DNA of 63,794 bases, the filler included, from Chiloscyllium plagiosum (lineage: Eukaryota): the NCBI RefSeq assembly GCF_004010195.1. It is 4 parts of one record of this genome, joined end to end, with 100 filler letters (N's around TTAATTAATTAA, not from the genome) between each part and the next. Parts side by side here need not be neighbours in the genome. Positions count along the whole stretch, not along the records: positions 1 to 16,265 come from NC_057711.1; 3 more parts are not named here. The stretch is one strand, 5' to 3'. Below, piece after piece: positions 1 through 12,878 of this stretch (the first letter of the stretch is position 1; every line of letters begins with the position of its first letter). A model generated the notes under the pieces. It made no database searches. It had not been told where the DNA came from and saw only the letters and a list, made by a program, of their open reading frames with translations. The position numbers and the translations under genes were made by a program.

Positions 1-860
1 AGAGGATTAGTCAAGCATGATTTCCCCTTTATAAATCCATGCTGACTCTGTCCTATCCTGTTACTACTATCCAGATGTGTCGTAATTTCATCCTTTATAA
101 TAGACTCCAGCATCTTTCCCACCACTGAGGTCAGACTAACTGGTCTATAATTTCCTGCTTTCTCTCTCCCATCTTTCTTATAAAGTGGTACAACATTAGC
201 CACCCTCCAATCTGCAGGAACTGATCCCGAATCTATTGAACTCTGGAAAATAATCACCAATGCATCCACGATTTTTCGAGCCTCCTCCTTCAGTACCCTG
301 GGATGTAGACCATCAGGCCCTGGGGACTTATCAACCTTCAGACCTAACAGTTTCTCCAACACCAAATCCTGGCAAATATAAATTCCTTTCAGTTCAGGTC
401 CTTCAGCCACTGTTACCTCTGGGAGATTGCTTGTGTCTTCCCCAGTGAACACAGATCTGAAGTACCCATTCAATTCTTCTGCCATTTCTTTGTTCCCTGT
501 AATATATTCCCCTGTTTCTGTCTTCAAGGGCCCAATTTTAGTCTTAACCATTTTTTTGCCTTTCACATACCTAAAAAAGCTTTTACTATCCTCCTTTATA
601 TTATTGGCCAGTTTACCATTGTGCCTCATTTTTTCTCTGTGTATTTCCTTCTTAGTAATCCTCTGTTGTTCTTTAAAAGATTCCCAGTCTTCGGTTTTCC
701 CAATTAACTTTGCTATGTTATACTTTTTCTCTTTTAACTTTATGTGTTTCTTAACTTCCCTTGTCAGCCACGGCCACCCATGCCTCCCCCCAGGATCTTT
801 CTTCCTTTTTGAAATGAACTGATCCTGCATCTTCTGCATTATACACAGAAATATCTGCCA
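1..860 (-). mobile_element. CR1-type LINE ORF2 fragment (RT N-terminal part and upstream region)
   Basis: Minus strand gives CR1 RT motifs (NYRPVSLTSVVGK, GKSCLTNPL); runs off the window start. Confidence 0.85.
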
Positions 861-864
861 TTCC

Positions 865-1272
865 CAGGAGTGTCGAAGGCTGAAGGGTGACCTCATAGAG
901 GTTTATAAAATCATGAGGGCTATAGATAGGATAAATAGACAAAGTCTTTTCCCTGGGGTGTGGGATCCAGAATTATAGAGGGCATAGATTTCAGGTGAGA
1001 GGGGAAAGATATAAAAGGGACCTAAGGGATAACATTTTCACACAGAGGGTGGTACGTGTATGGAATGAGCTGCCAGAGGAAGTGGTGGTGGCTGGTGCAA
1101 TTGCAACATTTTAAAGGCATCTTGATGGGTATATGAATAGGAAATGTTTCGAGGGAAATGGACCAAGTGCTGGGAGATGGGATTAGATTAGGTTGAGAAT
1201 TCTGGTCAGCATGGGCGAGTTGGACCAAAAGGTCTGTTTCCATGCTGTACATTCCTATGACCTATGACTCTA
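865..1272 (+). mobile_element. CR1/HER1-type LINE 3' end
   Basis: RLKGDLIEVYKIMR..FTQRVVRVWNELP C-terminus, 3' UTR and CTATGA-type tandem tail. Confidence 0.9.
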
Positions 1273-3884
1273 ACATTAGAAAGCGAACTTGCATGTGGGT
1301 AGTCATTTTTATTTTCTCGTAATGATGACTAATAATTAAATAGAACTCCAGTTCATGAATGCTTTGGATAATGTGCCAGAATTCTGTAACGTTAATAAAT
1401 TGCTGTAGCCTCTTGCTTTGCTACTTGGTTCCTTTGAGAAAATCCATGAAGTTCTTTGCCATGGAGATCTATTAAGCTTCAGTGACATTCTTCATACAGC
1501 TGTAGATAAAGCCTTGTCTAGTGTAGCAGATACCTTTGAGAATGCAGACAGAGGCACAATATTTAGTGTCATAATTATCTGCACATACTGTTTAATAAAA
1601 CCACGTCTCTCAAGCCAATTATCCAGAGACACTCTTGGCTACCTCTGTACAAATGCCCAAATGTGTAGGTGGCTAGTCCATCCCTTTCATCTTCCAACTT
1701 GAAAGCAACTAACACAGAAGAACTTCCAAAGCATTTTCTGGATTCAGAAATTATAGTGAAATCATTTTAATGTGATGCAAACCGATTTCATCATAACTCT
1801 CCCAAAGAGTATTAAGTAAACATTTTAAGGAGAAAAGAATTTGCCAACAGAAATTTTGTTCAAAAGATCTACCTCAACCTGAATGACTCCCTTCCTGTGA
1901 TTTATGGTTTTATAATTATTTCTTAATCTTCTGGGCTATCTTCTAATGACCAGTAACAACAAGTGATGTGACCTTTTATAAATGAGCATTTAAAACCATA
2001 CTTTAGACTGCCATAATGTAAAAGCCAGACTATTTCTGTATCAAGATATCAAATCGTATCTACCATTATTTAGTTTTGCCTATGCATATCTTCCTGTTTA
2101 TTGCATACTGTGCATGGGAAGTTACAAAACCGTGTGAGCTGATAATGCTGTAGTGAGGATACTGGACATCTGGAACTTAACCAAATAGGTTCAAGTTTCT
2201 TTCCACTCAGCCAACTAAACTGACTAATTGAAAATTAACAACAGAAGAATTAACAGATATGTAAATTACAGGGGTGAATTCAAGGTTAAATTTGGTACAG
2301 AAAAAATGATAAAAAGAATTGGGAGGAAAAAAAAAACATTTTAAATAATTAGAGAATTTGGATTTAATGTAATTATTTTAAATAGAAATGGATGGCCAAA
2401 TTAAATGAATATCCTGAATTAGCTGATGGTATGGCTTCAGCTATTGAGCTCTGGAACAGAGCAATCATTACATGTGGTGGGGTGTGCTGTAATTCCTTAA
2501 GAAAAGATTGTGAAAAATTCCTGATGTAGTTTTAGCAGCTGCTGAGAATTTAAAATTTATATTGTGTAGAGAGTTTTCTGGAGCCTCAGCAGTGGGAAGA
2601 GATTTCTAAATATTTCTTGAAATAACCACATATTTCTCTATCCTTGGTAGGCGGAAACAGTGTGCAACTTGTTCTTTGCTGGATGGAACAAGTTTAAATG
2701 GCCAAAATAAACTCCCCATCTTTTTAAAAACATTTATTTGTCCAGATTTGGCCATGTATATCAATCAGCACTGCCTGCATATATCTCAGTTTTAATACAT
2801 TATATAGTTGATGTCTCAGTAATAATGCTCAGATAATCCCACACAGTGGAACGTATCTCTGCTTCAGTTTGGTCCTTGTTGTGATGCATGCACAAATCAA
2901 AAAAAACATAAGTTTTCCTTTCGTTTTAAATGCTTATTTAAAAATGTTGAACTTCTCACATTAGCAGCTCACGAAGAAATGAGACAGGATAAGACCCTCT
3001 GATCTGTCCAGTTTGTCTCAACTTTGTGTAGCACAGTTTATAGACTTCTCCAGCTCAACTGGAACTGTCCTATCTCCTGCCAGAGGCAAAGAAATAGGTT
3101 AAAAGTCAAAGCCAATTTATGAGTAAATGTGTCGAGATACGATTTCCATAGGCACACTGATCATATCCTGACTAAAGTCCATGCATTGATTGATTTTGTT
3201 TTTCCAATCTTACTTTGAAGATAACATCCGAGCGTGGGACCCTCAGATACTGGATTTCAACAATCTCCGATCCAGCTCTGTAGCAATACTCTCTTCCTGA
3301 ACTTTTGTTGATTCCTTGAAAGCAATTAGTCTGCTATCCAAATTGTCATTTCTGTGTCATTAGAATTTGAACAAAAACTGAATAAATATTTATCATGTGC
3401 CAGCTGTAACATCCTTTAATTGACTTGGACTTGATCCCATTCCTGTGATCTCAAGCACAGAAGCATAATAATTATGGTAGGGGATTTCATATGGTAGGAG
3501 ATTGTAAATAGGAGATTTGACTTCCAATTGCACAATGGCATTTTATGGATTTTAATTCAGTAATTAAATAAAGCTTACTTTATTTTTGAAAGGGGCTTTC
3601 TAACAGTAAGGGTACCACAATGTTCGCATATAAAAATCGAACAGATGACCTTCCAGGAAGGAAACATAGCATCGATTCTCAACCTCAAACATTTCCTGAA
3701 ACCAGGAAAGGAGGAGTAATATCAGCTGGAGACATTTGACAATATTGCATTGATTGAATCAATGGCAACACGAACAGAATCAACCCATTCAACACTCCTC
3801 ACAAACATCTGAGACTTAAGGAAGGACAGTGACACAACTGCGTCACATCTTTGGAAGGCACAGACAGACTGACAGGATCACACC

Positions 3885-4172
3885 TATTCACTTGAGAATG
3901 TAACTTTTAAAAAAATATTTTGTGATTTACATATGAAAGAAGTGAAACTAACATGGTCATTCTAACAGATGAGAGACTAAACAGACAATCAAGGTATTTT
4001 TTAATGTATAATTTCAGTTACATCACACTGTAAACGTTTGCTATAAATTCTGTGTCTTACAATCTTATACTCCACAACCACCTGATGAAGGAGCGATGCT
4101 CCGAAGGCTAGTGCTTCCAATTAAACCTGTTGGACTATAACCTGGTGTTGTGTGATTTTTAACTTTGTACCC
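3885..4172 (+). mobile_element. Penelope-like element (family 1) 3' pLTR fragment with degenerate hammerhead motif
   Basis: Same sequence as the repeat end attached to a GIY-YIG C-terminal coding remnant at 32.0-32.8 kb. CTGATGA-A-GGAGC..GCTCC-GAAG-GCTA at 4082-4110. Confidence 0.75.
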
Positions 4173-4451
4173 CTATCATCAAAGAAATCTTTCATCACAA
4201 TCCTGAGGGAGAGTCCTGAGAGGGTATGGCAGGGTCATCTAAACAGATGAAAACAACCTTGGAAGAATTTAACTTGGACTCCAGACCCCAAAGAAGGCTC
4301 ATGATATCTTGTCAGATATAGGCCTTCATTTATCAAAAATGAAATACTTGAATTTCTTCTAGACTAACTGTACTTCTTTTTCAGCCTCAGCTAATGACCA
4401 GGATTCCTTCAGGCTGAACACACTTGGCGAAGTACAATACCCTACATTAGC

Positions 4452-4698
4452 ATTAGTGGTATTATCACTGGATGAAAATCCAGAGACCACCCCCCCACCC
4501 CCAATCCCTTGCCACCAGGGTACCATTCTGGCGATACAGGCTTGAATTCTGCTGTAGCAGATGGTGGAATTTCAATTCAATAAAAATTAAGAGTCGAATG
4601 ATGACCATGAATCCACCAGAAAATTCCCATCTGGTTCACTAATATTCTTTAGGGAAGGAAACTGCCATCCTTATCTGGTCCCCTAGTCTGACTCCATG
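4452..4698 (+). mobile_element. Probable SINE remnant
   Basis: Decayed tRNA-like head and a body (ccatctggttcactaat..agggaaggaaactgccatcctta) typical of elasmobranch SINEs. Recognised by eye only. Confidence 0.5.
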
Positions 4699-4744
4699 TT
4701 TCAATCACCAATGGAAAATAATTTTGGTTATGATTCAGGAAACC

Positions 4745-5123
4745 ATTTGATTTAATAACTTAAAGCTTTGACTACCACTGGCAACGTGTGTCCAGCTAGT
4801 TGACTGGGAAGGAGGTCTTGCTCCTGAAGGCTCCAGATCCATCACTGACCTGCCATGACAGAGTGATCCTCCTGACACAGTGGGAATCACACATGCCAAG
4901 ACAGCTGACCCTCTGCATGTAGAGCCTATTTTGGAGTCTTGCCTCCTGCCAGCTGGATCCCAGTGTCCACTAGCTCTGACCTTGGAGTGCCATGCAGCTC
5001 AGGAGAAGGCAACTGGTGCTAATGTTGGCTTTGCTCCTGCTGCTACAGGTGCTGCTGGTATTGTTGCTGCTGGTCTTGTTCTTCCTCATAGGTTCACAGT
5101 GGAGCTGCACAAGCTGTTCCCAT
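4745..5123 (-). pseudogene. PIF/Harbinger (HARBI1-like) transposase N-terminus, decayed, array copy 1
   Basis: From ATG at 5123, with frameshifts: MGTACAAPL*TYEEEQDQQQQ...RLYMQRVSCLGMCDSHCVRRITLSWQVS/IWSLQEQDLLPSQLAGHTLPVVVK. This matches the Harbinger pattern RxYR..C.RRLRLSR...DIC..L..DL.P....GHALPVAVK. Confidence 0.75.
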
Positions 5124-5258
5124 GCCGTGGTAAAGACTGACAGCAGGGAAGGGAAGTTCAGGTAAATCCGCCAAGACAAGAAAAAATACATGTGAGAAGT
5201 GGAAATTAGTGCATAATGAAAAGATATGCCTTTGATGAGATGATCCCTCAGTATGAGA

Positions 5259-6085
5259 TAGAATCATGGAGTCACAGAGTTGTACAGCATAGAAACTGAC
5301 CCTTCCGTCCACGCTGATCAGATATCCTAAATTAATCTAGTCCCATTTGCCAGCATTTGGCCCATATCCCTCTAAACCCTTCCCAGTCATGTACCCAACC
5401 AGATGCCTTTTAAATATTGTAATTGTACCAGCCTGCACCACTTCCTCTGGAAGTTCATTCCATACTTGCACCATTCTCTACGTGAAAAAGTTGCACCTTT
5501 TAAATCTTTCCCCTCTCCCCTTAAACCTATGCCCTTTCGTTTTTGACTCCGCTACCCTGGGGAACAAAGCATCTTGGCTTTTCAACTTATTCTTTCCCCA
5601 CTCATGATTTTGTAAATATCCAGATAGTCAACCTTCAGCCTCTGATGCTCCAGGAAAATAGCCTCAGTCTTTTCAGCCTCTCCGAATAGCTCAACTCCAA
5701 ACCCGGCAACATCTTAGCAAAAATTTACAGAACCCTTTCAAGTTTAACAACATCTGTCCTATGCCAGGGAGACCAGAACTGAACCCATACTGCAAAGGTG
5801 GCCTAACCTATGTCTTGTACAGATGCAACAAAACATTACAACTCCTATACTCAATACTCTAACTAATAGAGGCAAGCCTACCAAACACCTTCTTTACTAC
5901 CCTGCCTATGTGGAACTCCACTTCCAAAGTACTATGAACCTGTACCCCACGGTCTCATTGTTAGGCAACACTCCTCAGTAGCCGACCATTAAGTGTATAT
6001 ATCCTGCTCTGACTTGCCTTGCCAAAATACAATATTTAACTAAATTAAACTCTATCTGACATTCCTTGGCCCATCGGCCCACCTG
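5259..6085 (-). mobile_element. CR1-type LINE 3' portion inserted in array unit 1
   Basis: WAKECQIEFNLVK RT C-terminal region, 3' UTR and GAGTCA-type tail on the left. Confidence 0.9.
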
Positions 6086-7015
6086 GACTCTGACATAACC
6101 TGTACAGAATTTAAGAAAATATAATAAACTAGAAGAGTATTGCCTTCTCTCATAAAATAACTCAGCAATTTGCAGCATTCCTGATTACTGATGGGCAACA
6201 TCAATGTAAAAGGTATCTGAGAAGCAGTTTGTGGGGCTAGTAAATGATGAGCCATAATCATTTTCTGCTGCTGGATTACAGAGCAGCTGATTCCTGTGAT
6301 TATTGCATTCTCCACTCTGAATCAATATGGCTCTAAGAATTTCACTCCAAGTTTCAAGCACCATGAGAAGCAATGTGTGCGATCTGATCCTAAAAGACAT
6401 GCACTCAGTGGGGAGGTTAATAACAGGTTGGAAACTTGGTTGATTCAAGAAAGGATTTTTCCAAGGCATTTGCACTTCCAGCCCTGCATTAACATCCTGC
6501 TTCGAAGTTTCCTGACCACTTAGTGAAGGTGGCTGGGTTAACCCATTGAAATCATCAACATTTCTCAGGAAGCTTGGGCTGTCATGGCCAGTCATTGCTG
6601 ACATTTTCATTTGGACCCATTAAGGATCAGAATGACTGAAATGTAATTTAATGCCTGATGTTACAGTCACAGAAGAAATGAAGAGCAGAATCTGGAATGC
6701 AGCATCACAACACAATGATTTTCCCAGCATTTTTTGCCACAGAATTTTTTCCAACAATCCTGCAGCTACACACATTCCTCTCTACAGTTCCTTAAGCAGC
6801 ATTTGCCTTAACAGAAGCACTCACACTCACCATCAGTTTTGTTACATCGCATGACCCTGACTCACAGTCATTTTCGAAAAATGCTGTTCTGCTCTCCTCT
6901 CCACACACTCCATTTATTGTACTCACAATTCTCTCTGTTTTCTTCCTGAAGAACAGAGCACAGAATGGGAGGTCCCCGCCACTACCTTCCTTCTCCATGG
7001 TGACAGACAGCTGGC

Positions 7016-7270
7016 TGTCCACTGGCAATGTGTGTCCAGCTGGTCCAATGGGAAGGAGGTCTTGCTCCTGAAGGCTGCAGATGTCAGCACTGACCTGCCA
7101 TGAAAGACTGAACCTCCTGATATAGTAGGAAATACACCAGTTAAGAGAACTCTCTGCATGTTGATCCTGTTTTGGGGTCTTGCCTTTCGTCAGCTGGATC
7201 TCAATATCCATCAAGTCTGTCATGTGGAGTGTGATGTGGCTGAGGAGGAGGTAGTTTGTGTTGCTGCTGT
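7016..7270 (-). pseudogene. Harbinger transposase N-terminal fragment, array copy 2 (start region continues at ~7720-7815)
   Basis: ORF 6792..7298(-) contains IRRFSLSWQVSADICSLQEQDLLPIGPAGHTLPV, homologous to 4775-5010. Confidence 0.75.
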
Positions 7271-7274
7271 TGAA

Positions 7275-7719
7275 GTTATTGACACTTCCATGTGTCAATA
7301 CACTGCCTTTAATTCATCAGTCTTACCTATTCCACTCCTAGCATTAAAGAACATCTAGCCTTGACTTAATGTGTTGGCACTCAACATTGCTGAACTCATT
7401 CTGACTTGCTTCCTTTGCTTGAGTACAATGTGTCTGTATTTCATCAATATTCTGTGTTCCCCACCCTGCCAGACTAGTTTAAACTCCTCTGGACAGCACT
7501 AACATATCTACCTGCAGGTGCAGACTGTCCCATTTGTACATGTCCCATCTTCCCCAAGAATGATCCCAGTGATCCAGGAATCAAAAATCCTCTTTCTTGC
7601 ATCAACACTTGAGCCACACATTCATCTATCCTAATTTCTAGATTCACTAGTAAGTGGCACCGGGAATAATCCAGAGATTATAACCATTGAAGTCCTGCAT
7701 TTTAATCTGCTGTCTAACT
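7275..7719 (-). mobile_element. CR1 fragment (ORF1 3' end / ORF2 endonuclease start)
   Basis: Contains ctagtttaaac, gtcccatct and ggaataatccagagattataacc, as in the CR1 ORF1 at 18.0 kb; an NARS-type APE start lies at the left. A related piece is at 8862-9080. Confidence 0.6.
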
Positions 7720-8404
7720 CCTGCTGCTGTTGGTGCCTTTAATGTTGATTTGCTGCTCTGCTTGTCACTCCTCAGAAGTTTAAAGAGGAGCTGCAGAAGC
7801 TGAAACTATGCTGTAGTGAAGACTGACAGCAGGGAAGGGCAGATCAGGTGAACTGGGCAAGATATGGGACTGACTCGTGAGAACTGGAAAATAAAATGCT
7901 CCTCAGCTTTTGCCATTGTAGGTGTTGTCCCTGAGTAACAGTTGGACAGAGTTTAAATAAATACAATGCGCAGACAGCAAATGTTGCCTTGTCTCACAAA
8001 TGAACACAGCAATCTGCACCATACCACATTGCAAATGGCAGCATTAATACAAGAGGTATCTAAGAAGCAAGGTTTGGGAGTGACTAAATGATAAACTTGA
8101 AGTATTTTTTGTTGCAATATACAATAACATTAGGACTACCCCAGAATGGATCATCTGCTGGTCTGCGTGGATTTCAGAGCAGCTGACTCTCTTGCCTGTT
8201 CTCCCGACTCTGACCCAAGATGGCACCAGAAATCTCACTCCATGATTCAAGCACCAATGGGAAGCAAGGTGTGGAATCTTCCCCAAACTGATTTGCATAT
8301 ATCTGGGCATGTCAATAGTGGGTTGGGAATTTGTTTGATGCAGAAGTGGATTTGGCCATTGGCCTTTAATTCAGTCACAACATTAACATCTTATTTCCAT
8401 GTTT

Positions 8405-8810
8405 CTCGACTACTCAGGCAGAGTGGCTGGAAATAGCAGAAATTGCACAATATGGACAGAATTCAGACCTCATAAGGATCAGGATGATAGAACTACACTT
8501 GATTTCTGATGTTACAGCAACCACTGGGATGAAAAGCAGAATGAGGGATGCAGTGTCCCCATCATTCTTTGACACATGATCAGCCCAATGCACACTGTGG
8601 CTACACTCAATCCTATACAGTTACCTATGGATATCCTCATCTAAACAGACAGCACTCACACTCACCCTCAGGTTTGTGATTGTGCATTCCCCTGGATCAC
8701 CATCCCTCTTCCAGAATGTTGTCCTGCTCTCCTCTCCACACAATATATTCATCATCCTGGCAATTCTCTGCTTTTCCTTCTAACCAAAGAAGAGAGCACA
8801 GAGCAGGAGT
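8405..8810 (+). pseudogene. Possible remnant of the Harbinger Myb/SANT partner gene (exon 1, intron, exon 2 start)
   Basis: TQAEWLEIAE / TIWTEFR / DLIR fragments, a CA-rich intron-like tract, then a pyrimidine-rich acceptor-like site followed by KKRAQ. The homologous tract at 6520-7010 reads KNRAQN. Confidence 0.45.
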
Positions 8811-9269
8811 TGGCTGTTCAGCTGCAGACAGGTTGATGTCAATTGGCAAATATGTCTTATTCCTATAGCCTTTCTTCCACTTCTGTCAACCATTTTTCTG
8901 TCTTGGCAACAATATCACACTTCCATATATCTTTAACTCATCAGACCTACCTGTTACACTCCTGTTATTAAAGATCATCCAGTCTTGCCTTATTTTCTAG
9001 ATACTCAACATAGCTGAAGTCACTTTGACTTGCTTCAATTTGCTGTAGCATATGTCTCTATTTTATCAATATTCCTGCCTGACGAGTTTAGTGCCATCCA
9101 CCATTGCTCTGCCTATCTGACCAATGCATTTCTATCTCCCTGTAAACTAAAACTATCTTCATCTCTATTCTCCAGCCTACTATCCTTGTTCTCATCAGCA
9201 AAACTTCTTAACATTCCCTTCACATTTTCATCGCCATCATTTAGGCATAAAATAAACCATAAGGATCTC

Positions 9270-9845
9270 GATTTGGAGATGCCGGTGTTGGACTGGGGTG
9301 TACAAAGTTAAAAATCACACAACACCAGGTTATAGTCCAACAGGTTTAATTGGAAGCACACTAGCTTTAGGAGCAATGCTCCTTCATCAGATTGTAGTGG
9401 AGGGCTCAATCCTAACACACAGAATTTATAGCAAAAATTTACAGTGTGATGTAACTGAAATTATACATTGAAAAATTGATTGTCTGTTAAGCCTTTCATC
9501 TGTTAGAATACAGTGATAGTTTCACTTCTTTCATGTGTAAATCACAAAACCTTTTTTTTTAAAAGTTAACAATGGTGATAGTTAGACAATATGTTGAAGG
9601 TGTTGGCCCCCTGTGTTCTCTGTCTATGCCATGATGTTTAGATTGATTCTAATCTAAAAAGTGAGATAAGAGTTTTACATAAATTCATGCAGTTTTTGAG
9701 CTCAGAGTTCTACATGAATGCATGCAGTCTTTGAGCAAAGTACAATGTAACCCTGCAAGTACAAATTCACCCCACAAAATATATGTGTGCATGTGGGTCT
9801 TTGTCTATGAGTGTCTTTGTGTGTCTGGGTTGGGGGTTGTGAGTC
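9270..9845 (-). mobile_element. Penelope-like element family 1, 3' non-coding part/pLTR
   Basis: gatttggagatgccggtgttggactggggtgtacaaag terminus. Hammerhead motif at ~9358-9390 has GAAA changed to TAAA. Confidence 0.8.
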
Positions 9846-9854
9846 CGCCCCTGA

Positions 9855-10312
9855 ATTTTCAGACATCCAGTGTTCCCTGGGGATATTCCTCCTGTATTTC
9901 CCCCAAAAGGTACATGTTGAACCTGTACCCTCCAGCTCTTTAATGAGTAACCCCCACTGCTCTGCTGTAAGCTTACCCAGAGGGAGCTGTTTCCAGTCCA
10001 CTTTATCTAGATCCTGCTATATTTTAATGAAATCTGCTTTCTCCCAATTCAAACCATCTTTTGCTGGTCATATATCTCCTTGTCCATATCAAATTTGAAC
10101 CGTACCACATTGTGCTCCCCCACTGCCACATTTGAACACTTGTCCGGCTTCGATCCCAGAATCAGATCCAGCACTGTGCCATGCCTAGTTGGGCCTTCTA
10201 CATTTTGTTACAATAAACTTCCCTGAATACATTTCAAGAAATCCACCTGCTCTAAAGCCTTAACAGTATGACTATCCCAATGTTTGTTGGGAAAGATGGA
10301 ATTCCCAAGTAT
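9855..10312 (-). mobile_element. CR1 ORF2 fragment (end of endonuclease / linker)
   Basis: MDWKQLPLGKLTAEQWGLLIKEL resembles the CR1 ORF2 linker. Confidence 0.6.
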
Positions 10313-10446
10313 ATATACCCAATTATGTGGAGTGCCATGTGGCTGAGGAGAAGGCAGTTAATGCTGCTGCTGATGCTGATGGTGTTAGTGTGGTTGCTGC
10401 TTCTCTTGCTCTTCATCAGAGGTTACATGGAGCTGCAGAAGCTGTT

Positions 10447-12878
10447 ATATTGTTGTCATAGTATCATATGGCACAGAAATACCCATCAATGATGACCAAG
10501 TTTCCCATTTACCTGCATTTGGATCACATCCCTCTAAACCTTTCCTACTCACATATCTGTCCAAAAGTCTTTTAAATGTTGTAACTGTACCTGCATCTAC
10601 CTCAGGCAGTTCATTCCACACATGAACTATCTTCTGCATGCAAAAGTTTCCCCTTGAATCACTTTTAAATCGTTCTCCTAAACAAAATAAAACTGTGCCT
10701 TCAAGTTTTGAACTCCCTTACCCTAGGATAAAGACCCATGCTATTCACCTTACCTAGGACCCTCATGATTTTATAAACCTCTATAAGGTCACCCCTTTTA
10801 CACACCAGTGAAAAAGATCCCAGACTATCCAGCCTCTCCCTATAACTCAATCCCTCTAGTCCAGGTAATATCTTTGTAAAATTTTTCTGCACCCTGTCCA
10901 AATTAATATCTTTCCATAGCAGGGCAATCAGAACTGGACACAGTACTCCATAAGTGACCTCACCGATGTACTATACTACCACAACATGATATCCCAACTC
11001 CAATACTCAGTGGTCTAAGCAATGAAGCCAAGCGTGCCAAAAATCTTTGCTACACTGTCAACATGTGATGCAACTTTCAAAGAACTAAGTAGCTGAACTC
11101 CTAGGTTTCTCCATTCCATAATACTTCCCAGTGTCCTCCCATTGATTGTCTTACCAAAATGCAACACCTTGCAATTTTCTCAAATTAAATTCCATCTGCC
11201 ACTCCTTGGCCTATTGGCCCAATTGATCAAGATCCCATTGTAATCTTAGTTAAAAATCACACAACACCAGTTTATACTCCAACAGGTTTAGTTGGAAGCA
11301 CTAGCTCTCGGAGGGCTGCTCTTTCATCAGATGATTGTAGGAATCTTAGATTGCCTTCTTCACTGTTCAATCTACCACCAATTTTGGTGTCATCCACAAA
11401 TTTACTAGCCATGCTTCCTAAATTCTCATTTAAATTGTTGCACCAATTCCTGCAGATCGCTGCTGGTCACAGGCCTCCAGTCTGAAAAATAACCCTCCAC
11501 CACCACCCTCTGTCTCCTACTGTCAAGCCAATGTTGCAAACAATTGGCAAGCTTTCCCTGAATTCCATGTGATCTAACTTTACTAACCAGTCTACCATGT
11601 GGTTCCTTGTCAAGACTTTTCTAAAATCTATGTTGATAACATCTGCCACTCTGCCCTGATCTATTTTCTTGGTCTTGTCCTCAAAATTCAAGTTTGTGAG
11701 ATACTATTTGCCACGCACAAAGCCATGCTGACTATCCCTAATCAGCCCTTGCCTCTCCAAATGCATTTAAATCTTATCTCTCAGAAACCCCTCCAACAAC
11801 TTACCGACCACTGATGTCAGACTCCATGACTACAGATGCTACAAATAACTCTGTTAGGGGCCCTGCAATTTCTTCCCTAGCTTCCTAAAACATAATGAGA
11901 TACATCTGATCAAGTCCTGGATGTTCATCCAACTTTATATCTTTTAAAGACCCCCAGCATCTCCTTTTCTGTAATGTGGACTGTTTTCAAGATATCAATA
12001 TTTATTTCCCTGAGTTCCCTATCATCCATATCTTTCTCCATCATAAATATTGATGCAAAATATTCATTTGGTATCTTTTCCATCTCCTGTGGTTCCACAC
12101 ATAGACAACCTCACTGATTTTTAAGGGGCCCTATTCTCTCCGTAATTGCTCTTTTGCCCTTAATGTACTGAAGATTCTCTTTGGATTTTCATTAACCTTA
12201 TCTGCCAAGGGTATCTCCATTTTGCCCTCCTGATTTCTGTCTTAAGAATGTCCCTGTACCCATTATACTCCTCAAGAGATTCACTTAATTCTGGTTGTCT
12301 ACACTAGACATATGCTTCCTTCTTATTCTTGATCAGAGCCTTAATATATCAGCAATCATCCGATGTTCGCTGCTCCTACCAGCCTTACCCTCCGATCTAA
12401 TAGGAATATACTGCCTCTGAATTCTCATTATCTCACTTTTGAAAGCCTCCCACTTATCTGCAAACAGTCTATCCCAATCAACTTTTGAAAGTCCCTGTCT
12501 CATACTGTCAAAATTGACCTTACTCTAATTTTGAACTTTAACTTTTATTCAAGGCCTATCCTTTTCCATAACTATTTTAAAACTAATATAATTGCAATCA
12601 CTAGTCCCAAAGTGCTCTCCGACTAATACTTCAGTCACTTGTCTTGCCTGATTTCCCAACAGAAGGTCCTTTCACTCCTTCTCTGGTAGGTATATCTACA
12701 TATTGATAACGATTTTTTTCTAGAACAAACTTACCAAATTTCTCTCATCCAAGCCCTTATCACTATGGCACCCAGTTGATGTCTGGAATGTCAAAATCCC
12801 CTACATTGCAACCCTGTTATTCTTACACATATCTGAGATCTCTTTACAAGTTTGCTCATCAACTTTCCATTGATGAAC
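10447..12878 (-). mobile_element. Long decayed CR1 ORF2 plus 3' end splitting array unit 3, with a nested Penelope pLTR at 11248-11340
   Basis: RT motifs (INIDFRK, RGDLIEVYKIMR, VHVWNELP). The flanks rejoin as gcagaagctgtt|cccatgctgtgg, as in unit 1 (aagctgttcccatgccgtgg). Confidence 0.9.

Noticed and set aside
1418..1702. 94-aa ORF in unique sequence
   Set aside because: Non-ATG start, no convincing splice context and no recognisable domain on either strand.
4990..5100. Apparent signal peptide/TM segment M.LRRRQL.L(n) on the + strand (also 10335-10430), suggesting a secreted-protein gene cluster
   Set aside because: It is the antisense of the CAG/CAA-rich poly-Q start of the Harbinger transposase; no + frame stays open across copies.
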